IMG/VR virus record: IMGVR_UViG_3300044825_002891
Span: 25,132-89,131 of that record
Direction: 5' to 3' (one strand)
DNA: 64,000 nt
Origin: a virus
The notes below the pieces were generated by a model. The model was not told where the DNA came from and made no database searches. It saw only the letters and a program-made list of their open reading frames with translations. A program made the position numbers and the translations under genes. Numbering within the stretch: the first letter of the stretch is position 1; every line of letters starts with the position of its first letter. Positions 19,513 to 30,800 of this stretch are shown piece by piece.

Positions 19513-20236
19513 CATGAGAAGAGCTGGCTACACAAACCCGATGGTTACGCCCATTACGTGGACAGACAACACCGTTGTTGGGCACAGCGACCTGAACTAC
19601 TACCTTCGTGACAACATTTTTGCGATCGAAAATCGCGCGACCCCGATTACCCAGGATATTATCCACTACACTCATCCCGCAACCGTTACGGTGACAAACG
19701 GGAGGGCACTTCTTCACGGCCCGATGAGCGCGGTCAACCTTCTTGGCCTGTCAGACTTTTCGCCCAACATCGCCCTTTCCGTAGACGCAAGTGTTTCTTT
19801 TGACAACGTCACGGCCAGCGCTGTCTCCGTTGAAGCCATCTTGAAGTTCAATGACATTGAACTTACATCCGACGCCGGGTTCAGCTATTACAAGTACAAG
19901 ATGTTCCGGATCCCCGAGGCAGCCCTGCTCAACCTTGCTAAGGAGCCGACGATCGGATACACCAACTACGTAAGTGGTGTGCATCTCGGCAACACCGACT
20001 ACGCGTTCTGGAGCGGTTACGTTAGAAATGACGTTTTGGGGAACAACCCATTTGTTCTTACAAAGCCTATGTATAGCGCGAGGCCAATGCTTTTGATTTC
20101 GGCCACAAACGGCTCTGTAGACCTGAAGTACTCGTCGTGGGCTCTGCGGTTCAGGGCTAATGTTGCCGTAACTGTTCAAAACCCCGCAACCAACTACGAT
20201 CCTGGTGTCGGCATTTACGGCGGGTCTGCTGTCTGA
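19505..20236 (+). CDS. Minor tail protein
   Basis: N-terminal TW...LN.YLRDN motif; beta-rich. Confidence 0.6.
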   Translation: MIDMRRAGYTNPMVTPITWTDNTVVGHSDLNYYLRDNIFAIENRATPITQDIIHYTHPATVTVTNGRALLHGPMSAVNLLGLSDFSPNIALSVDASVSFDNVTASAVSVEAILKFNDIELTSDAGFSYYKYKMFRIPEAALLNLAKEPTIGYTNYVSGVHLGNTDYAFWSGYVRNDVLGNNPFVLTKPMYSARPMLLISATNGSVDLKYSSWALRFRANVAVTVQNPATNYDPGVGIYGGSAV

Positions 20237-20802
20237 TGTATACCAACCCTCACTTCTACGAATCTGGCCAGACGGTTAACGCAAGCCGCCTCAACTCTGA
20301 TGCGCGCGATAACGTCAATGCTATCTATAGCCTGGCTACCAACACTGAAAGTCTGCTGAACCCCCTTGTTAGTGGAATCATCAGCTATTCCTCCGATCTG
20401 GCCCTGGACACCATCGGCACCTACACAACTGGCCAGTTTGTCGGCTGCGTGGGTTTGGAAAAAACTGCCGATCGCACATTTAATGTCCGAAGAGAGTGGC
20501 GCGTTTCGATTGCCTACACTATGGCTACAAACTCTGTGAATGGCACAACGGTAGGGCTCCACGCCAGAAGAATCGGATGGATGGGGCGTCCGTACTCCAC
20601 AGACAGCAACCCGTATTCAACCCAGATTTACTCTGGACCCACAGTTACATCGATGGGAAAGAAGTTCCACGTATCCTCTTGGCAGAGCATGGCCTATATG
20701 GACGATGAGGTTTGGGAGATATATGTATCCGGGGTTTCGGATGACTACCCATTTGCAACATTCTCCAACCTTCACGTTTGTTTTCAGGTCAAGGATTACT
20801 AA
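20236..20802 (+). CDS. Minor tail protein
   Basis: YTNP...LNSDARDN N-terminal motif; TGATG coupling. Confidence 0.6.
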   Translation: MYTNPHFYESGQTVNASRLNSDARDNVNAIYSLATNTESLLNPLVSGIISYSSDLALDTIGTYTTGQFVGCVGLEKTADRTFNVRREWRVSIAYTMATNSVNGTTVGLHARRIGWMGRPYSTDSNPYSTQIYSGPTVTSMGKKFHVSSWQSMAYMDDEVWEIYVSGVSDDYPFATFSNLHVCFQVKDY

Positions 20803-21545
20803 TGTTCATTGCGCCAAGAACATGGAAGGCGGCTGAATCCGCCATTCGTCACGAGTCTTTTAACTCGGGCTTGCCTGGAAACCTTGAAGCCTTTAGACCG
20901 CTAATGACCAGGCGCGTAGGGATTGCAACAAAAAGTAGCGAGGTTGTTTACCTCCAGCGTGGCTCGAACACAACGACTGTTAGCTCCACAAACTACTTTG
21001 ACGGCGGCGTATACGGTGAGGACAACCCCACAGAGCAGCTTCTCGGCAGCGGGATGGTTACAACGGCATATAGTCCGGTAAATCCGCCCTGCGTGCTGTG
21101 GGTGCCCTTCAAAGCTCTAAATGCCGCAAAGAAGTCTTCCGAGAGCATCTACATTCAGGTTCGACTAAACGCCCAATATGCTCCGATCGATCCGTATAAC
21201 AATATCTATCCGATTACGGGGTCGCTAATCGAGTACGAGTACCTTGGTTCCGAAGCGGATTCCTCCCCGGCATCAAATATATTTTCAAGTCTCGGCTGGA
21301 GCTCTTCGCTTTCTTCAAACACTCGATCAAGCGCGTCAAGAATCTACTTGGCAACAGGAGAATCGCTTCTCGATACATCTGCAATGTCAACAACAGACGT
21401 TTCTCTAGCAGCGTTCAGATTCAGACTGAAGCAGTATGTAATCCCATTGACGCCGCCGCCCTCCGTTGGGCCAAGGATCTTCTATTTCCCGGGCCCGGAT
21501 ATTCTCACCGACTTCCTCATTCGTGTTGACGTGGTGGTGAGGTAA
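20802..21545 (+). CDS. Minor tail protein
   Basis: TAATG-coupled ATG 20802; APRTW...FNS..PGNL N-terminal motif. Confidence 0.6.
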   Translation: MFIAPRTWKAAESAIRHESFNSGLPGNLEAFRPLMTRRVGIATKSSEVVYLQRGSNTTTVSSTNYFDGGVYGEDNPTEQLLGSGMVTTAYSPVNPPCVLWVPFKALNAAKKSSESIYIQVRLNAQYAPIDPYNNIYPITGSLIEYEYLGSEADSSPASNIFSSLGWSSSLSSNTRSSASRIYLATGESLLDTSAMSTTDVSLAAFRFRLKQYVIPLTPPPSVGPRIFYFPGPDILTDFLIRVDVVVR

Positions 21546-22066
21546 TGACAAGAAACATTCAGAGATCTGATTTTCTTGACATCTTTAAAAGCACAAACAC
21601 CGTCGTAGACGATGTCACTCGTCGCAATCCCAATGTGCTCGTATCAAACCCCACCCGAAACACGACAACGGGTGCCGTTGAGAATCGCGCCATTACGATC
21701 ACCACACTAGCGCCAGCTTGGTACGAGGTTGTTGTGCTCAACCAGACTATGGCTGTCTTTGGTGGGCCAATCGAGATTCGTTCCAGGGTCAAGGTCACTG
21801 CGATCGCCAGCAATACATACCTAAACCTGTCTTTTGGCGTTGACGGAGCGGAGGTCACGGGCAACCGATACGGCCTCGCAAGAATCGACTCGCTCGACTT
21901 CAACCCGGTTCTTGAGTACAGCCACATCGTGACCGGCATTCCGGCAGGGACACACAAGTTCTCTATTTTCGCCAGCGTAGAGTCTAGGTCTGGCAGTGGC
22001 TCGGGGTTTTCCGCAACCCTGACTCAAGGCATTGCTGAGCGCATCATCGTCAAAGAGGTCAAGTAA
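21545..22066 (+). CDS. Minor tail protein
   Basis: Beta-rich, GIPAGTHKF motif; translationally coupled. Confidence 0.6.
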   Translation: MTRNIQRSDFLDIFKSTNTVVDDVTRRNPNVLVSNPTRNTTTGAVENRAITITTLAPAWYEVVVLNQTMAVFGGPIEIRSRVKVTAIASNTYLNLSFGVDGAEVTGNRYGLARIDSLDFNPVLEYSHIVTGIPAGTHKFSIFASVESRSGSGSGFSATLTQGIAERIIVKEVK

Positions 22067-22611
22067 TGGGCTGGACAACACCCGCAACGTGGGCTAGCGG
22101 TGACTGGAATCTCCAGATCCGCGACAACCTCCAGTACCTATACCAGGACCTGATTCCGGCAGGCACAATCATGGCCTACTGCTCGTCTTCTCCGCCGACG
22201 GGTTTCCTCTTGTGCAACGCAACGGCGGTAACCAACGTCGCCCCGTACACCAACCTATATGCTGTGCTACCAGGTAGCGGCACGAAGTACACGCCGGACC
22301 TTCGCGATCGTTTCATTGTCGGCGCGGGAAGCTCTTACGCGAACACCAATACTGGCGGCGCCGCTTCCCAAACACACAGCCACACCGAGGGAAACCTTAC
22401 AGCCCGATATTTGATGGGCAGCAATGGCGTCAACTATTACCAGGATCGCGGCACAAGCGGCTGGTATACAACAGCTGTGTCCGGCAACAACTACAGCGGC
22501 TCTGTTCAGGGTCCGCTTGGAAGCGGCGCTGCTGTGGCTGGCTCTACTGGCGACGTGACACTAGACAACCGTCCGCCCTACTACGCACTAACGTACATCA
22601 TCAAGTATTGA
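22066..22611 (+). CDS. Tail collar-domain fibre protein
   Basis: IPAGTIMAY, PTGFLLCN, PDLRDRFIVGAG and NRPPYYALTYIIK motifs. Confidence 0.85.
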   Translation: MGWTTPATWASGDWNLQIRDNLQYLYQDLIPAGTIMAYCSSSPPTGFLLCNATAVTNVAPYTNLYAVLPGSGTKYTPDLRDRFIVGAGSSYANTNTGGAASQTHSHTEGNLTARYLMGSNGVNYYQDRGTSGWYTTAVSGNNYSGSVQGPLGSGAAVAGSTGDVTLDNRPPYYALTYIIKY

Positions 22612-24043
22612 TCTTGAGACCGTCTGCGGCGTAGACCTCAAGACTGCGTTTCATCCACTGCTTGTATAGCGGTTCGACGTTCCTGTCTACAAAGTCGTAG
22701 ACGATCGCGTCTTTCTTACGGGGATCGGATCGCTCAACCCGGCCAACTTGCTGGCGAATCACAGCAGAGTTCTTGGTGGGCCACACGAGGTACAGCCTGT
22801 CCAGAATCGGAATGTCAAGCGCCTCGTCAGCGATCGTAGAGAAGATCACGCACTGGCCCGACTCAGCTTCCCTGGCAACTCGCATCCGCTCCTCTGTGCT
22901 CTCTTTGCCGGTCAGCATGAACAGGCGCGTGGGGTCAAACACCTCAAACCTCATCACTTCGTTGCGCAACGCATGCAGGTGATCTAAGCGCTTGGAAAGC
23001 ACGAGGTTCGAAGAGTCATAGTTGCCCTTGATCCTGCGCGCGATCAGCGCATTTCTGTCCTCGTCCTGGATTAGAGCGGCAAGCATCTGCTGGTAGTTGT
23101 TCTGATGCCTATGCTTGCCGCTCTTTTCGCACCCAGGAATCTCACAGGAGTCGTCTGCGTAGTGCGTTGACCAGTAGCCGAACGAAAAGTCGGTCTGCAC
23201 CCTCACTACGCTGGGCTTCATAAGGAGTCCGCTCTCGACAAGATCCTTCTTGTCGGTCTTGTGGATGATCGGACCAAGAACGCTGTATGCCATCTCAAGA
23301 AGGCCATTGTCTCTGTCGGGAGTTGCCGACACGCCAATGCGCCACATTGCTGGAAATGCGTTCATTACAGAGAAGAACGTGCTTGCCGTAACGTGATGGC
23401 ACTCGTCAAGACAGACGAAACCCCACTGAGCAAACCACTCGTCGGGCATTTCGCCAATCTTGTTGGCGAGGGTTTGGTTGAGGGCGATCGTGATTGGCTG
23501 AGACTCATCCCACTGACCATCGCCAATAACTCCTGGCCTGAACCCAAGGAATCTCTCACACCTGTCTGCCCACTGAGAGGCGATGTTGGTGGTGTTGACA
23601 ATCACCAGCGCCTTTTGCTGGGTCTTGGATATGGCAGCTAGTGTCGTGACGGTCTTACCGGACCCAGGAGGAGCCTCGTAAATGCCCGCACCAAAGTCGA
23701 GAATTTTCTGTACCGCTTCCTCCTGGTGCGGTCTCAGATCTGATAAGAGCTGCGGTACAGAGACTTCATTGAAAGCGGTGCAATCTTCTAGCTTCACTTC
23801 AATGTCGCAGTACTCAAGGTAGCTGAGCAGGTGCGGCAGAACGCCTCTGGGCACAAGTAAGGCGTCATCTTCTTCGAAGTAGATGTAGATCTTCTTCGGG
23901 ATGTTGAACCAACCCGGGATCTTCTGCTTCTTAGCATTCTCTCTTTCCGGATTGTCAATGGAAAGAGTGTCTTCAATCTGGCTCTTGATATGCCAGGGAA
24001 GACCAGTTATCGAAACTATGTTGTCAACTTTGCAGGTTACCAT
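22601..24043 (-). CDS. SF2 DNA helicase (UvsW/ResIII-like)
   Basis: LRPHQ, APPGSGKT, DECHH, SATPDR and QQVGRVER motifs. Confidence 0.9.
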   Translation of the reverse strand: MVTCKVDNIVSITGLPWHIKSQIEDTLSIDNPERENAKKQKIPGWFNIPKKIYIYFEEDDALLVPRGVLPHLLSYLEYCDIEVKLEDCTAFNEVSVPQLLSDLRPHQEEAVQKILDFGAGIYEAPPGSGKTVTTLAAISKTQQKALVIVNTTNIASQWADRCERFLGFRPGVIGDGQWDESQPITIALNQTLANKIGEMPDEWFAQWGFVCLDECHHVTASTFFSVMNAFPAMWRIGVSATPDRDNGLLEMAYSVLGPIIHKTDKKDLVESGLLMKPSVVRVQTDFSFGYWSTHYADDSCEIPGCEKSGKHRHQNNYQQMLAALIQDEDRNALIARRIKGNYDSSNLVLSKRLDHLHALRNEVMRFEVFDPTRLFMLTGKESTEERMRVAREAESGQCVIFSTIADEALDIPILDRLYLVWPTKNSAVIRQQVGRVERSDPRKKDAIVYDFVDRNVEPLYKQWMKRSLEVYAADGLKINT

Positions 24044-24216
24044 CAGAGAAAGTCTCTTGTACTTCCACTGATGTTTCCTTTGACAAGTCTTTCGACGATT
24101 GAAGAACTGTTAGCACCTTTCTTTTGAGGTGCTACTTGGAAGTCTGGATAGATCGTCTTTTTCCAGACTCTTCCATCAGAGTCAATCCAGTCGAATGTTG
24201 TGGGATTTTCGAGCAT
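24043..24216 (-). CDS. Small hypothetical protein (57 aa)
   Basis: MLENPTTFDWIDSDGRVWKK...; TGATG-coupled to helicase; below track cutoff. Confidence 0.5.
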   Translation of the reverse strand: MLENPTTFDWIDSDGRVWKKTIYPDFQVAPQKKGANSSSIVERLVKGNISGSTRDFL

Positions 24217-24326
24217 GTCTAACCAATAAAGGGAACGCGAGCTGCGTCCGTCGTTTTGGCTCTAGCGCTACACCCAGTGAAAGGCCCGGGCTGCCGTCCT
24301 AGCTCCTCTACGACTTCTTGGGCGGC

Positions 24327-24387
24327 AGTATGGCACACATCGCGGACATGTCCAACGACTTGCGTCCGGGGTGCCATCGTGTATGAT
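24327..24387. promoter_or_regulatory. Back-to-back divergent sigma70-type promoters
   Basis: Minus: TTGGAC-N17-CATACT with TGn extension (24355-24327); plus: TTGCGT-N16-TATGAT (24360-24387); palindrome GGACATGTCC at 24344-24353. Confidence 0.55.
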
Positions 24388-24440
24388 GCCTCGGCAACGT
24401 GCCAAGCGAACGTGCGAGGCACAGACAGACCGGAGGAACG

Positions 24441-24683
24441 ATGAAGGAAGACACCATCCCCACGGGGACCGACGGACGCCCTCTCGCCAAGGTGACGATG
24501 GGCGCGGAAGAAAAGATCGGTCTCCCCAACTACAGCAACGTCACCCTAAACGGTTGGGTCACGCGCTACGTGGAGGATACGCCCGAGGCGATCGATGCCG
24601 GGCTTCGCGAGTGCGTTGCTGCCGTGGAGGCTGTGATCGCAGAGGAGCGCCAGGCAGTTCTGGCGATGGTCCAGGGCAAGTAG
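24441..24683 (+). CDS. Hypothetical protein
   Basis: SD GGAGG before ATG 24441; first gene of the replication operon. Confidence 0.65.
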   Translation: MKEDTIPTGTDGRPLAKVTMGAEEKIGLPNYSNVTLNGWVTRYVEDTPEAIDAGLRECVAAVEAVIAEERQAVLAMVQGK

Positions 24684-24687
24684 CCTA

Positions 24688-25977
24688 GTGGCCGACTTCG
24701 ACCAGCTGCTGATCAACAAGCTGGCACAGACGCAGTCTCTAGAGCAGGCCATCGCAGTCGGCGTAACGCCGTCGATGTTCTCCTCAGACGACTGTCGCAA
24801 TCTGTGGCTGGCGATGGTTGATCACTTCACCAAGTACAAGACATCGCCCTCGATGGTTGCCCTCAATGAGATGGCACCATCTGCGGCCCCGAACTTCCAC
24901 CCTGAGCTTGTCCAAGAGCCGCTGGAGTACGTCCTCGACGGCTTCATGAAGCAGGCTCGCCGCAGAGCAGCAATGCTGCATGTCCGCAATCTTGCCGAGG
25001 CTGTGGACACCCCGGAGAGAGCGGCCTCGATCGAAGAAGAGTTCATGGCTGCTGCCAGAGACATGGGGCAGATGTTCATCTCCAGTCGTGTGGCTAAGTT
25101 CAGCGACGTTCGAGAGCGCATTAGGACATACCACGAACAGGCATGGTCTCGTACGACAAACGGGATCCTGTACGGGATTCCCTCGATCGACGAGGTTACC
25201 AACGGCATCCAGTCCCACGAGTACGTCACCGTCTCAGGCTGGAGCGGGACGGGCAAGTCCACGCTCACGATGTTCATTCTGTTCAACGCCTGGAAGCAGG
25301 GCAAGACGCCGCTTCTTTTCTCGCTTGAGATGGAGAGCGACGCGATCATGCGCAAGTTCGATACGCTCAAGACCAACTTCAGCTACAACAACCTCAAGCG
25401 CTTTGATCTCTCCGAAGAGGAGCGGGAAAAGTGGGAGGCTGCTGCGGACGAGATTGAGCAGGCGAAGTCCGACATTATCGTGATCGATGACGTTGGTCGC
25501 TGCACTGTCGAGCGCGTCTACAGCGAGATGCAGCGATACCAGCCCGATATCGTGGCGATCGACTACATCACGCTGATGGAGACGACGCGCAAGACCAACG
25601 CCCACTGGGAGGCGGTCACGCAGATCACGCGCGACTTGAAGCTCACAGCTAGGGACCTGAACATCCCCATCATCGGGGTCGCTCAGACAAATGCTGTATC
25701 CGATGGCGACTACAAGGGTTCTAACATCGCCTACTCCAAGAGCATTGTCCGCGACTCAGACGTGATGTTCGATCTGTTCTGCGATGACGAGATGCGCGCT
25801 GCCAAGAAGATGCAGCTTCGTCTTGTCAAGAACAGGGACGGCCGCGCGCTCAACACAGATCTTCTGTGGGATGTTGAACACATGCGCTTCGAGCCGTGGC
25901 TGGAGTCCATGGCATTCACCCAGACGGAGCAGTTCAAGGCTCTGGTTGGAGGGGGTGATGATGGACTTCAGGGTTGA
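24688..25977 (+). CDS. dnaB: Replicative DNA helicase
   Basis: GWSGTGKST Walker A, FSLEM, IDYITLM, VAQTN and VKNRDG motifs. Confidence 0.92.
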   Translation: MADFDQLLINKLAQTQSLEQAIAVGVTPSMFSSDDCRNLWLAMVDHFTKYKTSPSMVALNEMAPSAAPNFHPELVQEPLEYVLDGFMKQARRRAAMLHVRNLAEAVDTPERAASIEEEFMAAARDMGQMFISSRVAKFSDVRERIRTYHEQAWSRTTNGILYGIPSIDEVTNGIQSHEYVTVSGWSGTGKSTLTMFILFNAWKQGKTPLLFSLEMESDAIMRKFDTLKTNFSYNNLKRFDLSEEEREKWEAAADEIEQAKSDIIVIDDVGRCTVERVYSEMQRYQPDIVAIDYITLMETTRKTNAHWEAVTQITRDLKLTARDLNIPIIGVAQTNAVSDGDYKGSNIAYSKSIVRDSDVMFDLFCDDEMRAAKKMQLRLVKNRDGRALNTDLLWDVEHMRFEPWLESMAFTQTEQFKALVGGGDDGLQG

Positions 25978-27004
25978 TGTGATCGAGTTTCTGGAGATCA
26001 ACAACGTCAAGAACATCAGCGTTCGGGGCGACGAAGTCATGTTCTCCTGCCCTTTTCCCGGCCACAAGCATGGGGATAAGAGCCCAAGCGCCTCCATGAA
26101 CGCCAGCAATACGGCCTGGCTCTGCTTCGGCTGTGGTCGCAGGGGCAATGCCGCGACGTTTCTTGCGGAGATCGAAGAGTGTTCTGTCTTCTCCGCTCGA
26201 AAGTGGCTGCGCGAGTACTTCGGCAACGGCTTCAGAGAGCCCCTGAGCACGCTTGCTGCCGAGATCGACGACATGTTCACCGAACAGAGTGACGAGGTGG
26301 AAGAGGTCAATCAGCCCATTCCCGAAGAGCTGATGCACGACTACCTCATGAACTGGAAGCTCGTTGCGTCGGATCCCGATGCTCGCGACAAGGTCCCCGG
26401 GATCACCTACCTGCTTGACCGTGGGTTTTCACCAACCACCTTGATGAACTACGACGTTGGTTACGACACGCGCGATGAGCGAATCGTGCTAAGTGTCCGG
26501 AACCTCGAAGGCGAGCTGATCGGCATCAAGGGACGCGCGGTTCGGGCCGAGCAACAGCCGCGCTACCGCGTGTACGGGCGGCCCAGGATTGATTACAAGC
26601 CCTACAGCACCGGAGAGGTCGTGTATCTCGGTAATGTCGCGCAGGGTCGCGGCGACATCATCGTATGCGAGGGAGAACTGAACGCTCTCAAGATGCACGA
26701 GTTCGGCCACCTGAACGCGGTCGGTATCTCCGGCGCATCGTTCACCAAGGGTCACGCCGACATCATCGCCAAGATCGCAGACAGGGCGATCCTGTACTTC
26801 GATTCCGACCATGCAGGGCTCGCGGGAGCTCTCACGGCGGCCGACCTGCTAGTTTCCCGCATACCCGTACTCATTGTCCCGCCGCACGAGCGAGACGCGG
26901 CAGACAGCACCAAGGAAGAGGTAGATGACCTGATAAACAGAGCCAAGACCATTCTCGACCCAGCGAACGACTACCTTACACCCCTTACCAAGGAGCAAGC
27001 ATGA
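25958..27004 (+). CDS. dnaG: DNA primase (CHC2 zinc finger + TOPRIM)
   Basis: CPFPGH..DKSPS..CFGC; VCEGELN; YFDSDHAG; start reassigned to ATG 25958/25961 after GGAGG. Confidence 0.9.
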   Translation: MMDFRVDVIEFLEINNVKNISVRGDEVMFSCPFPGHKHGDKSPSASMNASNTAWLCFGCGRRGNAATFLAEIEECSVFSARKWLREYFGNGFREPLSTLAAEIDDMFTEQSDEVEEVNQPIPEELMHDYLMNWKLVASDPDARDKVPGITYLLDRGFSPTTLMNYDVGYDTRDERIVLSVRNLEGELIGIKGRAVRAEQQPRYRVYGRPRIDYKPYSTGEVVYLGNVAQGRGDIIVCEGELNALKMHEFGHLNAVGISGASFTKGHADIIAKIADRAILYFDSDHAGLAGALTAADLLVSRIPVLIVPPHERDAADSTKEEVDDLINRAKTILDPANDYLTPLTKEQA

Positions 27005-27726
27005 GCTTCGACTTCACCAAAGTGCACGACGCCAGCAAGGCGATCGCGGATCGCGCCCAGGGTTTCTCCGGGCCCCGCAACTTCATCTACTTCCGCCTGC
27101 CGAACGACGGCGATGCGGCGAACGTGCGGTTCATCTCCGCCGAGGCGGCCTTCTGCCACTCGGTCACGATGCCGAACAAGAAGTACCCGGACTGGATCCC
27201 CTCGCTGGACCAGAGCCAGCCGTACGTGGACGTGACCAGCGAGTGCCCGATGGCCCAGGCCGGGCTGCGGCGTGCCCTGCGCGGCTGGATCAGCCTGGTC
27301 TGGCGCGACGCGCCGCTGTACAAGCGCGACGATGACGGGCGGATGATGAAGGACCAGTTCGGCAACCTCATCCAGGTCGGTGAGCAGGACCAGATCGCCG
27401 TCTGGACGGTCGGCATCCAGGTCATGGAGAACATGGCTGAGATCAACGCCCAGTACAAGGGCCTGTCCTCGCGCGACTTCAAGGTCAAGCGCAAGGGTCA
27501 GGGCCTCAAGACCAGCTGGACGATCGTGCCCGCTGATGTGGACGCCGGTCCCCAGGCCCTCTCGAAGGAGGACGAGGCGCTCATCGAGAACGCCCCGGAC
27601 CTCAAGGAGTTCAGCACCCCGCCGGAGCGCGAGAAGCTGCTGGCCATGATCTCCGGTGCGCCCGATCAGGGCGGCGCCAACATGGAGGCCGCCATGGCCA
27701 CCAACCCGTTCATGCGGAAGCGCTGA
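27001..27726 (+). CDS. Putative single-stranded DNA-binding protein
   Basis: YFRL..DGD...VRF and RDFKVKRKGQGLKTSW motifs; strongly GC3-biased; replication operon. Confidence 0.65.
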   Translation: MSFDFTKVHDASKAIADRAQGFSGPRNFIYFRLPNDGDAANVRFISAEAAFCHSVTMPNKKYPDWIPSLDQSQPYVDVTSECPMAQAGLRRALRGWISLVWRDAPLYKRDDDGRMMKDQFGNLIQVGEQDQIAVWTVGIQVMENMAEINAQYKGLSSRDFKVKRKGQGLKTSWTIVPADVDAGPQALSKEDEALIENAPDLKEFSTPPEREKLLAMISGAPDQGGANMEAAMATNPFMRKR

Positions 27727-27733
27727 TCGGACT

Positions 27734-27816
27734 GCCCGGGTGGCGGAATCGGTAGACGCGCCAGGTTTAGGTCCTGGTACCCATCGGGTGTGGAGGTTCA
27801 AGTCCTCTCCCGGGCA
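27734..27816 (+). tRNA. tRNA-Leu(TAG)
   Basis: GCCCGGG/CCCGGGC acceptor, CCAGG-TT TAG GT-CCTGG anticodon arm, long variable arm, GGTTCAAGT T-loop; CCA not encoded. Confidence 0.95.
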
Positions 27817-27820
27817 TTAG

Positions 27821-30800
27821 ATGTTTACTCACCTACACAGACACAGCGAGTTCTCCGTGCTGGATGGCATGGGCACAGCAGACGACTACGCCGAGCGGGC
27901 AGCCGCTATTGGCCAGCATGCCCTTGCGCTAACCGACCACGGAACCATGGGCGGCGCCCTGCACCACATTCAGGCTTGCGCTAGAAACGACATCTTTCCG
28001 ATCGTGGGCGTCGAGGCGTACTACAAGCCCAATCGAGCCCCACACGATCAGACAAACAGGGACTACTACCACACTGTTCTTCTTGCTAAGAACATGACCG
28101 GGTGGCGCAATCTGCTGGCGCTCACCAGTGCGTCGTACAGAGACGACGCCTTCTACTACAAGCCCATCATTGACGATGAGATGCTGAAAGCGCACAGCGA
28201 GGGCATCGTGGCGTCCTCCGCCTGCATGGCCGGATTCCTTGCCAAGTCCATCTTCGCCGGAGACAGCACTGGTGCCGCGTCGTATATCAAGAAGATGCAG
28301 TCGATCTTCAAGGACGATTTCTACTTTGAGATCATGCCGAACACTGTGCCCGATCAGAGGCAGCTGAACGCTGAGATCGTATCGCTTGGCTGGCAGCACG
28401 GCATTCCGGTCGTAGCCACCACCGACGCACACTATGCCTGTGCTGACTGGGCCGCTACACACAAGATCCTTGTCGAGCACATCTATCAGCACGAGGATGG
28501 AACATTGTTCCTCATGAGCGAAGATGAGGTGCGGCAGGCGTTTGCAACCAATCATCCTGACCTACCCTCTGAGGTCATTGACCAGGCAATCAAGAACTCT
28601 GGCGAGATTGTGTCTCGCTGCAACATCTACACGATCAGCAAGCGCCCCAAGTACCCCCGCACCGCTACGCCAGAGATGGCGCGTAAGAAGTTGCAGGACT
28701 GGTGCGACGAGGGTATGGATAGACTCCTTAGTCAGTCTCGTGTAACGGCTGGGAAGGCTGACTCGTACCGTGAGCGTGTGCAGTACGAGCTTGATGTGTT
28801 TGAGAACAACGGCGTTCTCGACTACTTCGTCATTGTTGGTGACCTCGTTCGCTGGGCTAAGGAAAACGGCATCCAGGTTGGTGTCGGACGCGGCTCAGCG
28901 GCAGGCTGTCTTGTCTCCTACCTGATTGGAATCACAGGCATTGATCCGATATCGCACGGTCTACTGTTCGAACGATTCCTCAATCCTGAGCGCAAAGGCA
29001 TGCCTGACATCGACATTGATTTCGACTCAGAGGGCCGTGAAAGAGTCAAGCAATATCTTCGGGACAGGTGGGGAGAAGATCATGTTGCTGACATCATCAC
29101 CTACCAGACGTATGGCGCCCGTAGTGCAATCAAGAAAGTTTCCGCTTCGCTGAAGCTGCCTTTTGAGGCAACCAATCGCCTTACCGAAACCATCGGTGAC
29201 GAGGGCAGTCTCCTGGATCTGCGCGAGGTGAACGAGCACCTTGACAGGTGGGCCAATGACCACCCAGATGCGTGGCAGCACGCGCTCAGGCTTGAGGGTC
29301 AGACCAGCGCCGAGAGCAAGCACGCTGCTGGTGTGATTGTCACCGACAAGCCGATCGAGGAATACATGCCCACCATGCGGGCCCGGGACGGCTCCAAGAC
29401 GACCGCATGGAGCGATCGTGCCGAGTTCCCGATCATCAGCGCCTACGGTTTTCTGAAGATCGATCTCCTCGGCCTGGCGGCTCTTTCGCGATGGTCCATG
29501 TGCTGTGATCTGATCCGGCAGAACCATGGCGTCGAGGTTGATCTGAACCATCGTCCGGAGCCCGTGTGCTGGGACCCCTCTGCTGGCGACCCGGACATCC
29601 TCCAGCGGTTCCAGTACGACACGATCGGCGTCTTCCAGGCAGAGACATTTGGGATTTCAAGTGTTCTGCGACAGATGAAGTGCGACCACTTCAACGACAT
29701 TGCAGCAGCGATTTCGCTGTTCCGGCCGGGCCCGATGGATAATATCCCTGCCTACTGTGCCCGCAAGCTTGGCAGGGAGCCCGTCAGCTACCTTCATGAC
29801 GACCTTGAGCCGATCCTAGGAGAGACCTTCGGGCTCTATGTCTACCAGGAGCAGGCCATGCAGATCGCTCAGGTCATGGCTGGCTGGACTCTTGGCGAGG
29901 CCGACACGTTGCGCAAGGCTATCGGCAAGAAGGACGCCAAGCTGATGGCCTCTTTGAAGGGTAAGTTCATCGAAGGTTGCCTTGGCCGTGGCCATAGTAA
30001 GGGTTTGGCCGAATCCCTATGGAAGGAGAACGAGGCGTCCCAGCGCTATGCCTTCAATAAGAGCCACGCTGTCAGCTATGCCGCCGCCGCCTACACTGAT
30101 ATGTGGCTGAAGCATCACTACCCCGCTGAGTTCTACACGGCGCTGATCTCAACTGTTCCGAAAGCCAAGCGCAACGAGAAGGTGCCGAAGATTCTTCGGG
30201 CAGTGCAGGCTAGCGGCATCAAGCTGCTTGCGCCCGACATCAACAAGAGTGAGGCAGACTTCTCCACCGACGGTACTGCCATCCGCTTTGGTCTCTTGTC
30301 AATCAAGGGCTTTGGTGAGGGGGCCGCAAACGAAATACTCGAAAAGCGCCCGTTCTCCAGCGCCGAGGATCTTGAGCAGAGAGTTGCGCCTAGGAAGTGC
30401 AACTCGGCCAACAGGAAGGCAATGCTTGAGTGCGGGGCGCTTGATGACTTTGGTGCTCGCGACGATTGGTCTCAGCAGGATCGCATTCGTACTGAGATTG
30501 AGAAGTTGGGATTTTCGATCAGCCGTGACGTGACAGAGCTCATCGATACAGTGAGGCAGCTGTGTCACTCCCCGCTTGAGATCGAGGATATGGCTGACGA
30601 GGAAGAGTGTGTGATCGGCGGCGAGATTGTCGAGGTCAAGCAGATCAACACCAAGCGTGGCGAGATGATGGCTTTTGTGACGTTTGCGGTCGGCCAGGAT
30701 TCTTATCGGGCTACGTTCTTCCCGCCTTCATTTTCAAAGTACGCGTCGCTGCTTGAGCAGGGCCAGTGGGTCATGGTCAACGGTCGAAAGGACGATCGCG

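Noticed and set aside
17377-22611. Diversity-generating retroelement or tail-fibre shufflon
   Set aside because: No reverse transcriptase, no template/variable repeat pair and no inverted fibre cassettes seen
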